A stretch of DNA of 55,251 nucleotides, counting the filler, from Squatina squatina (taxonomy: Eukaryota): NCBI GenBank assembly GCA_031763465.1. It is 3 parts of 3 records of this genome, joined end to end, with 100 filler letters (N's around TTAATTAATTAA, not from the genome) between each part and the next. Parts side by side here need not be neighbours in the genome. Positions count along the whole stretch, not along the records: positions 1 to 17,152 come from JARFOE010000222.1; positions 17,253 to 40,770 come from JARFOE010000176.1; 1 more part is not named here. One strand, given 5' to 3'. The notes beneath the pieces were generated by a model. That model made no database searches and had not been told where the DNA came from. It saw nothing but the letters and a program-made list of their open reading frames with translations. A program made the position numbers and the translations under genes. This document shows, piece by piece, positions 12,470 through 25,772 of this stretch (position 1 is its first letter; each line of letters starts with the position of its first letter).

Positions 12470-14361
12470 CTATTTGGTTGCAGATGACAAGGACAGCCAA
12501 TGACAGCATGGGGACGAAATAAGAGCAAGTTAGTATATGCAAGCAACAACCAGATTATACATTAGAATAAAGAAGAAGAGGTGCCTTCCCAGAGATCGCC
12601 TTCCCCTTGTTTCATGCAAAAGAATGGATTTGTTCATGGACAAACACATTTACTCAGTTTCCTGTGAATTGAATCACCTCAGTATTATACATCAGTGACA
12701 GGGTTGTACTGAACGCACCAAAATACAAAATGTATTCACTGAATTTAAAAGAGCAGGGGATAAAGAATGAAAACTTTATACATCATTTTTAGTATTTTCC
12801 TTTTAGTTTTTAGGATTTACCAGCCTTTAGGATATACCAGTAGTGCCAGTCCGAACAACATCCTTCACCATTGAATGGTCAGAGCTGGATTTTAGGATAC
12901 TAAGGCCCTCACAATTTAATTATATCAAGGGAATATCCAAATTAATTGTCTCAATACAAATTTACAAAAGTTGATACGACCGATTGCTTATTCAGTGTTT
13001 AAAGTGAAAGTTCTGCAACTTCTCTTAGACTACAATGCTGTCAACATCAGAAAGAAATTCTAAGAGCTTTCAAATCTCATCTTTAAAAAGATTGAACAGA
13101 GTACAGGGCTGCTCTATAAAATGAAACTAATGATTTTCTTTCTGGTCAGCATGTCAGACACATAACTGAGCTTAAAACTCCACTCCATGTTTAGGTTGAA
13201 TTTTGGGCGAACACCATCCACAAGCCAGTCCCTGTGTTTTTATAACTAAATCCTGCTCTCCTAATCTAGCCACAGATATCTGAGCCTAACATTCTGCAAC
13301 TGCAATAACGAAGACAGGTTTAGTAATGAAAACATCAGAAGTGTACAAACCTGACAATCCACACAGGAGTGCACACTTGATCACTAAAGAACCCCAGACA
13401 GTGTAGGTGCAGTTGGCCAATAGCTGAAGGCTAGGGAACTCCCCTCTAAGAATGTAGAGGGGTTCTACTGGAGNNNNNNNNNNNNNNNNNNNNNNNNNNN
13501 NNNNNNNNNNNNNNNNNNNNNNNNNNNNNNNNNNNNNNNNNNNNNNNNNNNNNNNNNNNNNNNNNNNNNNNNNCCTGCTCCCCCTCTGTCCCTTTTCTCT
13601 CTCCTCCTGCTCTACCCATTTCCTCCAAAACCCACGCCTGCCCCCATCACCCTGTTTCTTACTCCTCCTCCAGCCACTCCACTTGCCCATCACCCACACA
13701 CCCCTCCCACTGGGTTTGGTTGCTAAGTCACAGTTAATCTCATGCCCAAAAGCGATCTAAAAATAATTGTGAATTTGGTTTTATTTCTATTATTGTGAAA
13801 TAAGCTGATCCACTCTAGCATGTGTTATGAATACATTTATGTCTAGGATATGGATTTGGTGGGGTTCTCGGAAGAACTCCTTTGTGCTTAATCCTTCCAT
13901 GTACGCTCAGACTTGTGCCAACAAATGAACTGATTGCAATCTGGGTCTGCTTTGGGCAAAACAAGTGGGTCTAGTTTCACACAGGTGCTGTGCCAAACTG
14001 GATCAAAGGGCATCAATCTAGGTTTTACTGGCCTAGTAAATCTAGACTGCCATTGCTGCTCAAATGTAAGTTGAGGGAATCATATGACAATGTCTTTATG
14101 CACATAATTTATAAACATAACAAGTACAATGATTTTTGCAATACTAAGAGATATTCCCCTTCTGTGGTGCAGGTTTGCAGCCCTTCACATTGCTCCTGGT
14201 GTTAAATCACTCAACTCCAACCCTGATCCAGGTCTGTTGGATAGGATATCCCAAATATAGCTTTTCTCTTGCTGATGTGTCTGAGAGAAGTGTTAATGGT
14301 GCTATATAAACCCTAACCATTAACTGTACAATTCCCAATTAGAAGAAAAAATGATTCTCAC

Positions 14362-14463
14362 CTGTTCTGGGGAGGGCTTATGGTTCGTCTGCTCTGAATG
14401 TGCTGAGGATTTCAGGTGGTCCTCCTCATAATTATCTGCCATCAGCTTCATTCTGTTCTGGGT
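14362..14463 (-). CDS. ERC1: ERC1 (ELKS) exon, TQNRMKLMADNYEEDHLKSSAHSEQTNHKPSPEQ
   Basis: 102-nt phase 0-0 exon on the minus strand, tttttacag / gtgaga; matches recalled human ERC1 TQNRMKLMADNYEDDHFKSSHSNQTNHKPSPDQ and lacks the His run of ERC2. Confidence 0.88.
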
Positions 14464-14941
14464 CTGTAAAAAGGAACAAAGATATTCATATCCATTTGGT
14501 TAGCCTCCACCAATGATACATTATTGTACTTCTTTTGCAGTTAGGTGTACTCTTTGGGGTAGGGGAGGGTAAATAACTGTTACCATGCCATTCCTTACTC
14601 CAAGTGTCACTGACAAAATTTTTAAAAATATATAAAATATATAAAAAAACATTTCCTCTTAACTAATACAAGCTAAGCTCACTGTTGAAGTTGGGACTTT
14701 CAGACATGATGAAAATACATTTGTTCATTTTGGGTGGAGGTAAAAAACAGCAATGGAAAGAAGGCACTGGTAGGAGTAGTGTAGAGACCCCCAAACAGTA
14801 GCCACACTGTAGGAAAGGGCATAAATCAATAAATAATGGGANNNNNNNNNNNNNNNNNNNNNNNNNNNNNNNNNNNNNNNNNNNNNNNNNNNNNNNNNNN
14901 NNNNNNNNNNNNNNNNNNNNNNNNNNNNNNNNNNNNNNNNN

Positions 14942-15142
14942 CGCTGCCTGAAAGGGTGGTGGAAGCAGATTCAATACTAACCTTCAAAAGGGAATTGGAT
15001 AAACACTTGAAAAGGAAAGTTTGCAGGACCACGGGGACAGAGCAGGAGGAGTGGGACTAACTGGATCGCTCTTTCAAAGAGTTGGCACAGGCACGATGGG
15101 CCGAATGGCTTCATTCTGAGCTGTACGAATTTAAATGATTCT
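14942..15142 (+). mobile_element. CR1 3' tail
   Basis: LPERVVEADSILTFKRELDKHL plus gggccgaatggc tail; similar tails at about 5035-5170, 17660-17830, 20175-20250, 34128-34280 (+) and 42050-42184 (-). Confidence 0.8.
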
Positions 15143-16897
15143 ATCCTTCTCCTCAAAAGATTAATTGATGGAAGTTTACAGATGAAAACCCTCAATTCTG
15201 TTTGAGACAGGACATGGAAGGACAGCCTGGCCCATTGTAAGACGGACAGTCGATCTGTCTGCATTCTTTTCTGCTGAAAAGCTGAGCAGTTCCGCTTTGA
15301 GGATTTCTGCACGTAAAATGCAGATTTAAAAAAGAAAAACATTTACTGCATCGAGTGACCTCAAGAAACCTTGAAGCATTTGGTGTTTCAAATGACAGGC
15401 TCAATTAGCTGGCTGTTTATATTCAATTCCTTTGATGCAGCAAATAGACCATAAGTGTCAGGAAAAAGAGCACTTTGCAGAAATTTTGTATATATCAGGG
15501 TATAGTATCAGTGGACGATGTTTGATTTCAGGACAACAGCCTCACAAGGCAAATACTGAATTATAACTACATGCTTTTCAGCAGATTCCTAGAGAATAAA
15601 ACACACAGGAGGCAGGCACTGAGTTACAAGACATTCATTCAGACCAGTTCTGATAACGTCACAAATGGTGAAAGTGAGGCTCAAGGGGTTTATGAAAGTA
15701 GCAGAACTCGGGTATTCAATTACTCTGTAAACTCACTGCCAACTATTCGTTATTCTGTACATTATGTTATGTATAGTTTACACATTTAATAAGCTTTCTC
15801 TTATGCTTGTTGAGCATGGTACAAGTCGTGTAACATAAGAGAAAGGGAATAGGAGATTAATTCCATCAGTGGATTACAGAGAGGTAAACTGGATAAATAA
15901 ATGCTACCATCTACATTATATCAACTACAACCTCTATTATATAGGTGCACTCTCCATATCATGTCAACTGTTAGAAGTTAGAAGACGCTAACCCTGGGAC
16001 ACAATACATGCTACATATATTTTTAAAGCAGTGCAGATCTCCATCTTAAGCATTTTTGAGGAGGCCTTCAAAACCATCTGGATGTTGCTTAACTCAACCA
16101 GTGTGAACAGTACAAGTATGGAGTGAGCAGTGTGAATGAGTGTGAACGTGTGGGGTGAACATAGAGGGTGTGGGGTAGGGGAACAAAATAAAAATGTGCA
16201 GAATTGCACTTTGATTATAGTGCTGTGGATGGTGTTCCAAAACATTTTACTATGGCTAACTGTATCAACTTTCACCAAACTTCTGATTTAAGCTCAAGTA
16301 TNNNNNNNNNNNNNNNNNNNNNNNNNNNNNCAACTTGTACCTAATACACCATTGGAACTTATAACATTCCCCTGGAGGCCATTTGCAGGCTGCCTGCCCT
16401 TTGCCTGTGATCCTTGGCAGACTTCTGCTACATAAGCCTTTGGATCTCCATTCATGGGCTGTCAGACTGTGGCACGCTGGCCAAGCTGAGATTCAGTGCT
16501 TTTCCCTCATTTTCTTGCTCTCCCTCACAATTAAGAAAGGGAATGCCATTAGTTGGCAGAATTATTGAAGTTTCCATAGATCAGGCAAAAGGGCTTACTG
16601 AAATAGAATTATTGATCCTACAGTTTTTTCCCCCTTCTTCCTGTGAAGTCATCCCTGGCCTCCATTTGGCAACTGCCCACAATGGCATAATTGAAATCAG
16701 GAGTTCAGTGTGTGAAAGCCAGGCATGGGCCTGTGGTGTGGACTGTTGTAGCAGTTCTGAGACGATGGGTTTGCATTGCATATTTGCGATGTTTGATGGT
16801 GGCAGTCAGTGTTTTAGGGGCATTGTTTGCATGTTTGTGTAAAAAAGCCAGTATCACTCCTCAGTCCCCTCCTCAGTGTTGCTCCAGATCTCCAACA

Positions 16898-17010
16898 TCC
16901 TGTTGTTCCTGCTGCTTCTCCAATTTTGAACAGCACTGACACTGTGGCAGGAACACTTGTGGCATCAGTGTGCAGCGGGATTCAAAATTAGAACAGCAGT
17001 AACACCAGGA
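16898..17010. repeat. Imperfect inverted repeat (hairpin)
   Basis: tcctgttgttcctgctgcttctccaattttgaa pairs with ttcaaaattagaacagcagtaacaccagga; inner cactga/tcagtg also pairs. Confidence 0.7.
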
Positions 17011-17152
17011 GGCAGGAGTCCTAAAGGTTCCAACTGGCATCAAAATACAGAACAAGGTTGACAAGTTAAGTGCCAGTGGACAGTCTGACATGCCCGACAA
17101 CTATAATTGCCTCATTAAATGCTGCTGTATGCAATGTGCTTGTAAGTGTGCT

Positions 17153-17252
17153 NNNNNNNNNNNNNNNNNNNNNNNNNNNNNNNNNNNNNNNNNNNNTTAA
17201 TTAATTAANNNNNNNNNNNNNNNNNNNNNNNNNNNNNNNNNNNNNNNNNNNN
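17153..17252. other. Artificial scaffold-joining linker
   Basis: 44 N + TTAATTAATTAA (stops in all six frames) + 44 N. Confidence 0.95.
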
Positions 17253-18310
17253 GGCAAATCAGCTCACTGTAAAATCTCGACAAAGCTGTTGCAGATCCTA
17301 ATCTATCTTTCCCCAACATCTTCTGCACTGTTTTCGTATGGCATAGACAATGATGCCAACTTTCACCATCATGTGTCATGCATTCAGATCCAGGCTATAT
17401 TTATACCTTAAGTGCAACGTTGATGTGATGCTAGACCACTTAACACCGGCACCATTGTCGCAGTGTGAATATGCCTTTAGAAATTACAATTCAACCTTCA
17501 TAGAAAAAGAACAAATTCTAAGCAAAATCGTGTAACAAAAGCTGCAACTTAAACTGATCATCAACATATCGGGTTGCTTCATTATGTAAAAGGTGCTACG
17601 TAAATGTAAGTGGTTTGATTATACCAATGAAAAAGAGTATTAATTTAAATTAGATAGGACAATTGAAGCTTTCAAGACCGAGATCGATAGAATTTTGTTA
17701 AATAAGGGTATCAAAGTGTATGTAGCTAAGGCAGCTAAGAGGATTTGAGGTGCAGATCGTCATGATCTAATGGAATGTGCAGCAGGCTCGAGGGGTTAAA
17801 TGGCCTACACCCTTTCCTATGTTTCCAAATCTACATTTGGGTTTAGGCCTTGAACAAATACATGGAGTTATAGAATTTTATAGCACAGAAACAGGCCATT
17901 CACCCCAACTAGTCTATGCCAGTGATTATGCTCCACACGAGCCTCCTCCCACCCTACTTCATTTCACCCAATCAACATATCCTTCTATTCCTTTCTCCCT
18001 CATGTGCTTATCTAGCATTTATGCATCTGTACTAATCNNNNNNNNNNNNNNNNNNNNNNNNNNNNNNNNNNNNNNNNNNNNNNNNNNNNNNNNNNNNNNN
18101 NNNNNNNNNNNNNNNNNNNNNNNNNNNNNNNNNNNNNCACTATATTGAACTCTGAGTCACTTATTCTTTGATTAAAAAAATTGTAATTAGTTTAAACCTG
18201 TAGTTTAAACTCATTTTCTGACTGAGTTAAGAATCTGTCATTATGCTAGCCTTTTTCTCATCTTGAAGAAGTGCAGCAGATAAAATGAAGTTCTCATTAT
18301 GTACTATAGC

Positions 18311-19095
18311 ATTACATAGAACCGACAGCACAGAAACAGGCCATTCGGCTCAACTGGTCTATGCCGGTGTTTATGCTCGACGTGAACCTCCTCACACACT
18401 TGTTCATCGAACATAACCTTCTATTCGTTTCTCTATCAGCATAACCTTGTCCCTCATGTGTTATCTAACGTCCCTATAAATACATCCGTGCTATTCGCGT
18501 CAACTACTCATCAACGAAGGCACCAAGGGATATGGGGAGAAAGCAGGAACGTGGAGTTGAGGTAGAAGATCAGCCATGATCATATTGAATGGCAGTGCAG
18601 GCTCAAAGGGCCGAATGGCCGACTCCTGCTCCTGTTTTCTCTGTTTCTGTGTTACTCCTTNNNNNNNNNNTTGCGAGTTCCACATTCTAACAGCTCTCTG
18701 GGTAAAGACATTTCTCCTGGACTCCCTATTGGAGTTATTGGTGATTATCTTATATTTATGGCCTCCAGATTTGATCTTCCCCACAACGGGAAATATTTTC
18801 TCTACATCTACCCTATCAAACCCTTTCATTATCTTGAAGACCTCTATCAGCTCACCCCTCAGCCTTCTCTTTTCTAGAGAAAGGAGACCCAGCCTATTCA
18901 GTCTTTCCAAATAGGTAGAACCTTTCAGTTCGGGCATCATTCTTGCAAATCCTTTTTGCACTTTGTCCAGTGCCTCTATATCCTTTTTATAATATGAAGA
19001 CCAGAACTGTGCACAGTGCTCCAAGTGTGGTCTAACCAAGGTTCTATACAAGTTTAACATAACTTCTCTGTGTTTGAATTCTATTACTCTAGATT
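18311..19095 (-). mobile_element. CR1 LINE 3' fragment with a nested opposite-strand CR1 tail at 18510-18652
   Basis: ORF 18500-19060: LYRTLVRPHLEHCAQFWS..LEKRRLRGELIEVFKIMKGFDRVD..FTQRAVRMWNS; the 3' tail continues to about 18311. Confidence 0.88.
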
Positions 19096-22000
19096 AAAGG
19101 GACAATTCAGGTGTGTCCACCCACAATGTTGTGTGTTGGGATTGTAATTCTCATTTTCTTAATGTCAGTTTAAGCCGAGGACCTTGTCCCCATGTAACAC
19201 TATATTGCACAAACCCTGGGCTCTGGCTCACAATCTCCTGCTGTGGCACAGCACTATTACGGCACCCAGTAACTGTTTAATTTAATGGATAAAGGAAAGT
19301 AGGTGAAGAAATAACCAGGCGTTCTAACCATTTCTCTAATAATAAGCCAACATTTTGCACTTGCCTGAGGTTTTGCGATGTCTTTTTCTGAAAAGATCCA
19401 TAGTACTTGGATGATATAAACAGTATTTGTTAGAAAACATCTCATGGCAGTTAGAGTCTTATTCAGGCTTGACAGTAAACTTACTCATTCTTTCAAGCAA
19501 AACGTGGACAAAGCTTTCAATATCCTCTTGCAAGGACTGCTGGGACTTTAGGGGCACTGGGAGGTAGCCGTAGTGCTCACTGTTGCATATGTGCATCTGG
19601 ATGTCTAAAACAGCACAGAAAATAAAAATTATTCAGCATTTGTTCTGTTAGAAACATGACCTTTTTGTTTAAAAAAAAAACCTGTTCCGAGAATGTGGAC
19701 GACAAAGGCGAGGCTGCATTTATTGCTCATCCCGAGTTGCCCTGAGAAGGTGGTGATAAGCTTCTCCTTGAACCATTGCAGCAATGGCAATGGTGCTCCC
19801 ACAATGGTGTTAGGTAGCGAATCCCTGGAGATTGACCTAGTGACAATGAAAGAATGGCAACATATGTTCTTGTGCACTGAAACCTTCCTAACTAAGACAA
19901 CACTAAAGTAAATTCACTGATGCTGCACTCTGTGCTCAAAGGAAGTGACGCTTCATGAGGCGGTGGCCAAAGAATTTCCACTGCAGAACTGTGGGCCTAT
20001 CCTAGACCTATGTACCTTTTGTTGGATTTAACTGAGAGATTGAGGCACAACCTAGTCAAGGTGTCCCTCCAATANNNNNNNNNNNNNNNNNNNNNNNNNN
20101 NNNNNNNNNNNNNNNNNNNNNNNNNNNNNNNNNNNNNNNNNNNNNNNNNNNNNNNNNNNNNNNNNNNNNNNNNNTATTGAATGGCGGTGCAGGCTCGAAA
20201 GGCCGAATGGCCTACTCCTGCACCTATTTTTCTATGTTTCTATGTTTCTAATAAAGTAAATTCCAGTATCACAGATATAGAATGTAAGGTCAAAGGGCAA
20301 ACATCAAGAATGCAAACACAAACTACTGGAAAAGTTTTGAAATCTTCACTGTGGATGGTTCTTCAACAGGTAAGAGTTTTTTTTTAAAGCTCCTATCTGT
20401 TGGTTACAACAACTCCTATCTGCCGGCTCGCTGTGGTATGGAGGGCAGGTGCTGCACCATACTGTGGAGGAGTAAAATTAGAGAGGGAAAGGCCCACTCA
20501 AGAGACACGGGAGTCGGCAGCCATTGATCCTCCTCCAGCAGGAGACCATGCACATCATTCTTGGGGGAGGGCAGGAAGATTCATATTTAATAGATAACGG
20601 TTTACTGACTTAACAGGAATTTACTACACTCTAGTTTCGTTAGTATGGGAAGAGTTTTTTTCGGTGCCAATTTTCTCCTCAACCTGAAGGTGTTGCCTCC
20701 AGTGGATCTGATTCTACAGGGGCTGGGCACACTCTCACACCTTCCCCAAGTGGCCATTTCTCTCGTGTGAGCTTGGGTTGCCAACTCTAGCAGCATGCAT
20801 TCCTGGAGGTTTCCTCACATGACCTTTTCCCCTTAACTGTCCTGCCTTCCTGCACCAATTGGAAACTTTCATTACTTGATTGGCTAATTCTTGAATGTCA
20901 GTCAAACATCCTTTTCTTTCCCAACTCCAACATTTTTATAACTAATAAAAAAAAACATTGAAAGAAATCTTTTTTTTTAAATTGCCCCTGTTGCCAATCG
21001 ATAGGAATCACAGCCAATTCTTTCCTCACTCAAAGCTCTATACACGTGCATTTTCCANNNNNNNNNNNNNNNNNNNNNNNNNNNNNNNNNNNNNNNNNNN
21101 NNNNNNNNNNNNNNNNNNNNNNNNNNNNNNNNNNNNNNNNNNNNNNNNNNNNNNNNNTTATGTTGCATACGAGCCCCCTCCCACCTTCATCTAACGCCAC
21201 CAGCCTATCCTTCTCTTCCTTTCTCCCTCGTGTACTCATTTCGAATCGCCTTAAATGCATCTATGTTATTTGCTTCAACCACTCCATATGGTAGCGAGTT
21301 TCACATTCTCACCACTCTCCTGAATAAAGACAAAAAAAAATTGTTTTCTTTTTATTTCCATCATTTGTTGCTATTGACTTCATTGGTGTAGCTATCGAGC
21401 TCAATTACACACAGTTTAAGCTGAGGTTCCTCCACTGATAATCATTTTAGTTTTTACTTATTGCCAGACTCAGTAACTCTCCAAGCCAGTTCCTCCTGAA
21501 GTTATTGCCAATTTACATTTAAATAAGCTTAAAAATTGTTTTTCCCTTTGTGATTTTGTGAGGTACTGATAGTGAGGGTGCTTGTTTAAAATGTAACTGG
21601 ATTTGTTCCATTGTGCGATGCTATTTATGTGGATTTAGACATGGGCAGTGTATTTGTGTGGATTTAGGCACAAAGTTAGGCAGCCTGCCTTTTTTTTTTT
21701 AAACAGCATTTTAGTCATATGCCGTAAGTTTCAAGAACTGTTTCATTTGACAGCCATTTTTCTTTACCTTTGAGGGAATGGGAACATTCTGAGGTAGGGA
21801 CGTTTTTAACATTCTGTTATTGTAGTGTCTTCCTGAGGTCTGTGGTAAATCTAACTGCTGAAAGCAGGCCCTTGTGACGTTGCCACTGTTGGAGTAATGA
21901 TTGACACCGTAGCTGCAGTTCTTGCAGTACAGTTTGTAAACAGAATTCTATGTACCTTGCGTGTTGTATGCTGGAAAGATATTTTGCAGACTTGCAGCTC

Positions 22001-22877
22001 TTATGACCTCATACCTGCAGTCCTCCTGTTTCGTTTGTTAGCTGTAAATATTTTCAAGACATTTCTAGAACTATCCCCAGATTGGGGCACTTCTGTTGAG
22101 GACAGCGCACCCTCTTGTATATCTACCTAAGAAGGTCTGGTTCAAAAAGTGCAAATACAGCTTTATCCTGCCCCCTCCCTTCCAGTGGCAGTCCTCTTAG
22201 TGACCACTCATGGGCCTGTAATGATGCAACGTTCCAACAATTTCAGAATAATAACTTTTGCAAGTGCAGGGTTTTCCAAATATTCTTTCTATTTTTGTTC
22301 AATTTCAATTCTTGATTTGATAATGACTTAGAGCTGCAATAAGTTGACTGCTGCAAAATGGGGAAACCACATAGAAATCTTTGTGTATAGTAGTGATTGT
22401 GACTGNNNNNNNNNNNNNNNNNNNNNNNNNNNNNNNNNNNNNNNNNNNNNNNNNNNNNNNNNNNNNNNNNNNNNNNNNNNNNNNNNNNNNNNNNNNNNNN
22501 NNNNNTACCTTGTGCATCACAATATATACACTCCACACCTGCCTGGGGCCGTGTAATCTCCTGGGAGAGGCAAAAAAATTTATAAGTCCAGGCCATTTTG
22601 GTGGAGGGGGAGGGGGGAAAGAAAACAAATCCGGAAAATTCCTCTCTGACCCCCTTAAGCGATTAAAACTAGACAAGGAGATCACTCTGGCCCTGATCAA
22701 CATTACAAGGTACCAACCTTGTACGAGGTGTTCTTCGCAGCCAGAAACAGGTCCAACTCTCATTTGAAGGAATTCTGCTTAAATCAAGTGCAAGCATGAT
22801 GGGATCTAACTGAAGCCTATTTTCTACTGGAATTCGCTGATGGATTAATGGGTATTGTGCTACAGGAATTCAATAAA

Positions 22878-23128
22878 CCATTGGCGGCCATGCCATCAGC
22901 TGCCTAGGCCCGAAGCTCTGGAATTCCCTCCCGAAACCTCTCCTCCTCTCTACCTCTCTCTTCTCTTTTAAGATGCTCCTTGAAACCTACCTCCTAGTCC
23001 AAGCCTTTGGCCACGTGCCTGAATATCTCATTTGGCCTGGTGTCAAATTTGTTTGATAGCACTCCTGTGAAGTGCCTTGGAATGTTTCACTATGTTAAAG
23101 GTGCTATATAAATGCAAGTTGTTGTTGT
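22878..23128 (+). mobile_element. L2-type LINE 3' end
   Basis: ccattggcggcc..agctctggaattccctccc..aaaggtgctatataaatgcaagttgttgttg. Confidence 0.8.
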
Positions 23129-25199
23129 AATACACATGATCAAGGGCAATTCAAGCCTTAAAATTTGCAACGAGCAACAATTGTGGAAAAAATGACTGAG
23201 TGTGCTCCCATGCTTGTTTTTATTTCTAAGCTTTTTAAAGAGGCAGGTTTTCAGGCCTCTAAATAATGCAATGAAGCAATGAAGTTGTTTAAAAACAATT
23301 TATTAGAACAAGCTGTTACACAGAACCTTAACTTCAGTGCATCTGCACTGCAGAATTTGATCATCCTCCATCATACTCTATCGCACGTGGTGGAACTCGT
23401 GAGTAATAAGCACTTAGAAACATTTTGAGAAACAAATAGAAATATTCAGGGGTACTGAGGAAAATCTTTTTGGGGACTTGGAGAGGACAGTGTAGAAAGA
23501 GGCGGAGGAAGTTACAGAGATGACCCCTGTTCATTTTGCCAATTCTCATTCTGATGGAGGTTATTTTTCCAAAATATGTAAATGTATTAAATCTCTGCTA
23601 TAAAACTCAATGACATTCTCTCGGACGATCACCATTTATGTCCTGTATTTATAGGTGCCTTAGGCTCTTGCTTATAGCTTTCACTATGGTGGCATAGATC
23701 AATAATGGCTGTTTCAGTGTTAACCTTAGTTGTATTCATCGGCTTCAGTATAAAACAGTTGCAAGACTGTGACTTAAAATCATTTTAAGAAGGTTCACCC
23801 TCATTCAGGTCCACTATTCTTTATAACAGTGTTGACTATTTAAAATATATATATATCAATTGTACTTGAGCAATTTATAAGTTGTATTTATTTATTTTTT
23901 TTTAAAAAGGAGAATTTTGTATTACTGTTGTGGTTACCTATTTCCCTTTCTCTGCCACAAGAAATTGCATGCAGACCCCACACCCCCAGTATAATATTGG
24001 AAGCACTTGCTCTAGTTTGACTCTACTGATGACCTCCAACCTCACAAGCTGATACTCAGTGATGCTAGATGTTATAACCTGGACTAACAGCATCGGGGGG
24101 AAAAAAATCAGATCAGCCGAGGGGGCAATATATGTAGTTCTGCTGACAAACTTGAGTGTTGCTGTTATGATTTGATGTTCTCTGGATGCCTTTGAGTCAC
24201 TGCCTTGTCATACACTGCCAGCCTTATGAATAGCAAAGTTAAACCAATACAGTCTCAATCTGTACTACTATAATTATTCACAATATTAAAAAAGATGGTC
24301 AGAAACAGATTGATAAGCCACTGATACAAGCACAAGTGGTGATTGCTCAAAAATCCAACTGATTTTAANNNNNNNNNNNNNNNNNNNNNNNNNNNNNNNN
24401 NNNNNNNNNNNNNNNNNNNNNNNNNNNNNNNNNNNNNNNNNNNNNNNNNNNNNNNNNNNNNNNNNNNNTGTAACAAGATGAATGAAAGAGCACATTGTTA
24501 GCAGGGCCTGATGCCTTGCAAAGCCAGAATTCACACTTATAAACATGACTGCCTGTTTCCACTGGAGAATACGAACTGATACGTAACTTGAAGCGTCAAA
24601 AGAAGTGGAAAATTGGAAAAACATTTTCATTCATTTATATTTTTGGGTGAACTGTGCACTGAATTAAAGGGGCGCTGCCTTCATGGGATCATTATTTACC
24701 TCNNNNNNNNNNAGAGTGAAGGCAAGCTCTTCCACCTTCCGAAGTCAAAGTTAACAAAGTCATTCTCATGAAGACAAACCCCCTTTAATTTGAGAGCTGT
24801 CAGTGATCATGTATCAAAACCAAGATTCCACTGGGATCCCTCAACCTAAATTGTTAAGTGCTATTAATATTTATGATCTCACTAGAAATAATGATCTGAG
24901 GGAATCCTCCCACTGTAGGGTAAATTCAGTTATCCCAGTGCTCAAGCTTGCTATGTGAAAGAATGACTTGCATTTATATAGCACCTTTTCCGACCACCAG
25001 ACATCTCAAAGAGCTTTACAGCCAATGAAGTATTGTTTTGGAGTGTAGTCACTGTTGTAGGAAACGCGGCAGCCAATTTGTGCACAACANNNNNNNNNNN
25101 NNNNNNNNNNNNNNNNNNNNNNNNNNNNNNNNNNNNNNNNNNNNNNNNNNNNNNNNNNNNNNNNNNNNNNNNNNNNNNNNNNNNNNNNNAGCACTCCAC

Positions 25200-25772
25200 T
25201 GAGCGCTAACGTATGAAAAAGACCCACCCCTTTAGTTAAAGGGGAGGGCTGCTGCACTAAATGAACAGCGCCCCGGTGGCCGTCACTGGGCCACCAGAGA
25301 CACTTCTGACCGGGCCAACAGCCTGGCACACTAGTCAGGGTGCCAGGCCAACAGTTGGCGGCCTGGTCGAGGTGAGGGCTGCCATCGGTCGGCCGACCCA
25401 AGAGTCAGCTGACAGAAAAAGATGGCAGCAGGTGGCACAAAGGCCCTCTCCTTTAACGTCCACAGCATTGACAGCTTCGCGGCCTGCTGTCGGTGCCATC
25501 GCTGGCTGCTGGCCTCGCATCCCACGGGGCAATTTCCTTTGCAGGGCGCAAAGGGGTCGGGGCGGTAAGGGGTCGGCGCACCCGTTGATGACATGGTGCG
25601 TTGACCCGAGGCACTAATCGTGAGGTGCGGCAATAAGGACCTAGTGCCTTCGCGATCTCCTGGGGAATCTCCCAGGAGGCGAGATCGCTGCCCCGCCCCG
25701 GCCCAAAATCGCTTAACGCCCCGTTAGCGCCCCTCGGAGGCAATAACAGGGGCGAAAAATTTCGGCTCCATA
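25200..25772. mobile_element. GC-rich Harbinger-like non-autonomous element fragment
   Basis: CpG-rich island in AT-rich DNA ending in ggggcgaaaaatttcggctcca; shares a ccttaaagggg-type internal motif with 32811-33100. Confidence 0.5.

Noticed and set aside
23354-23398. 45-nt exon-like segment (EFDHPPSYSIARGGT) with a gtgagt donor
   Set aside because: Poor pyrimidine tract; no partner exons or homology
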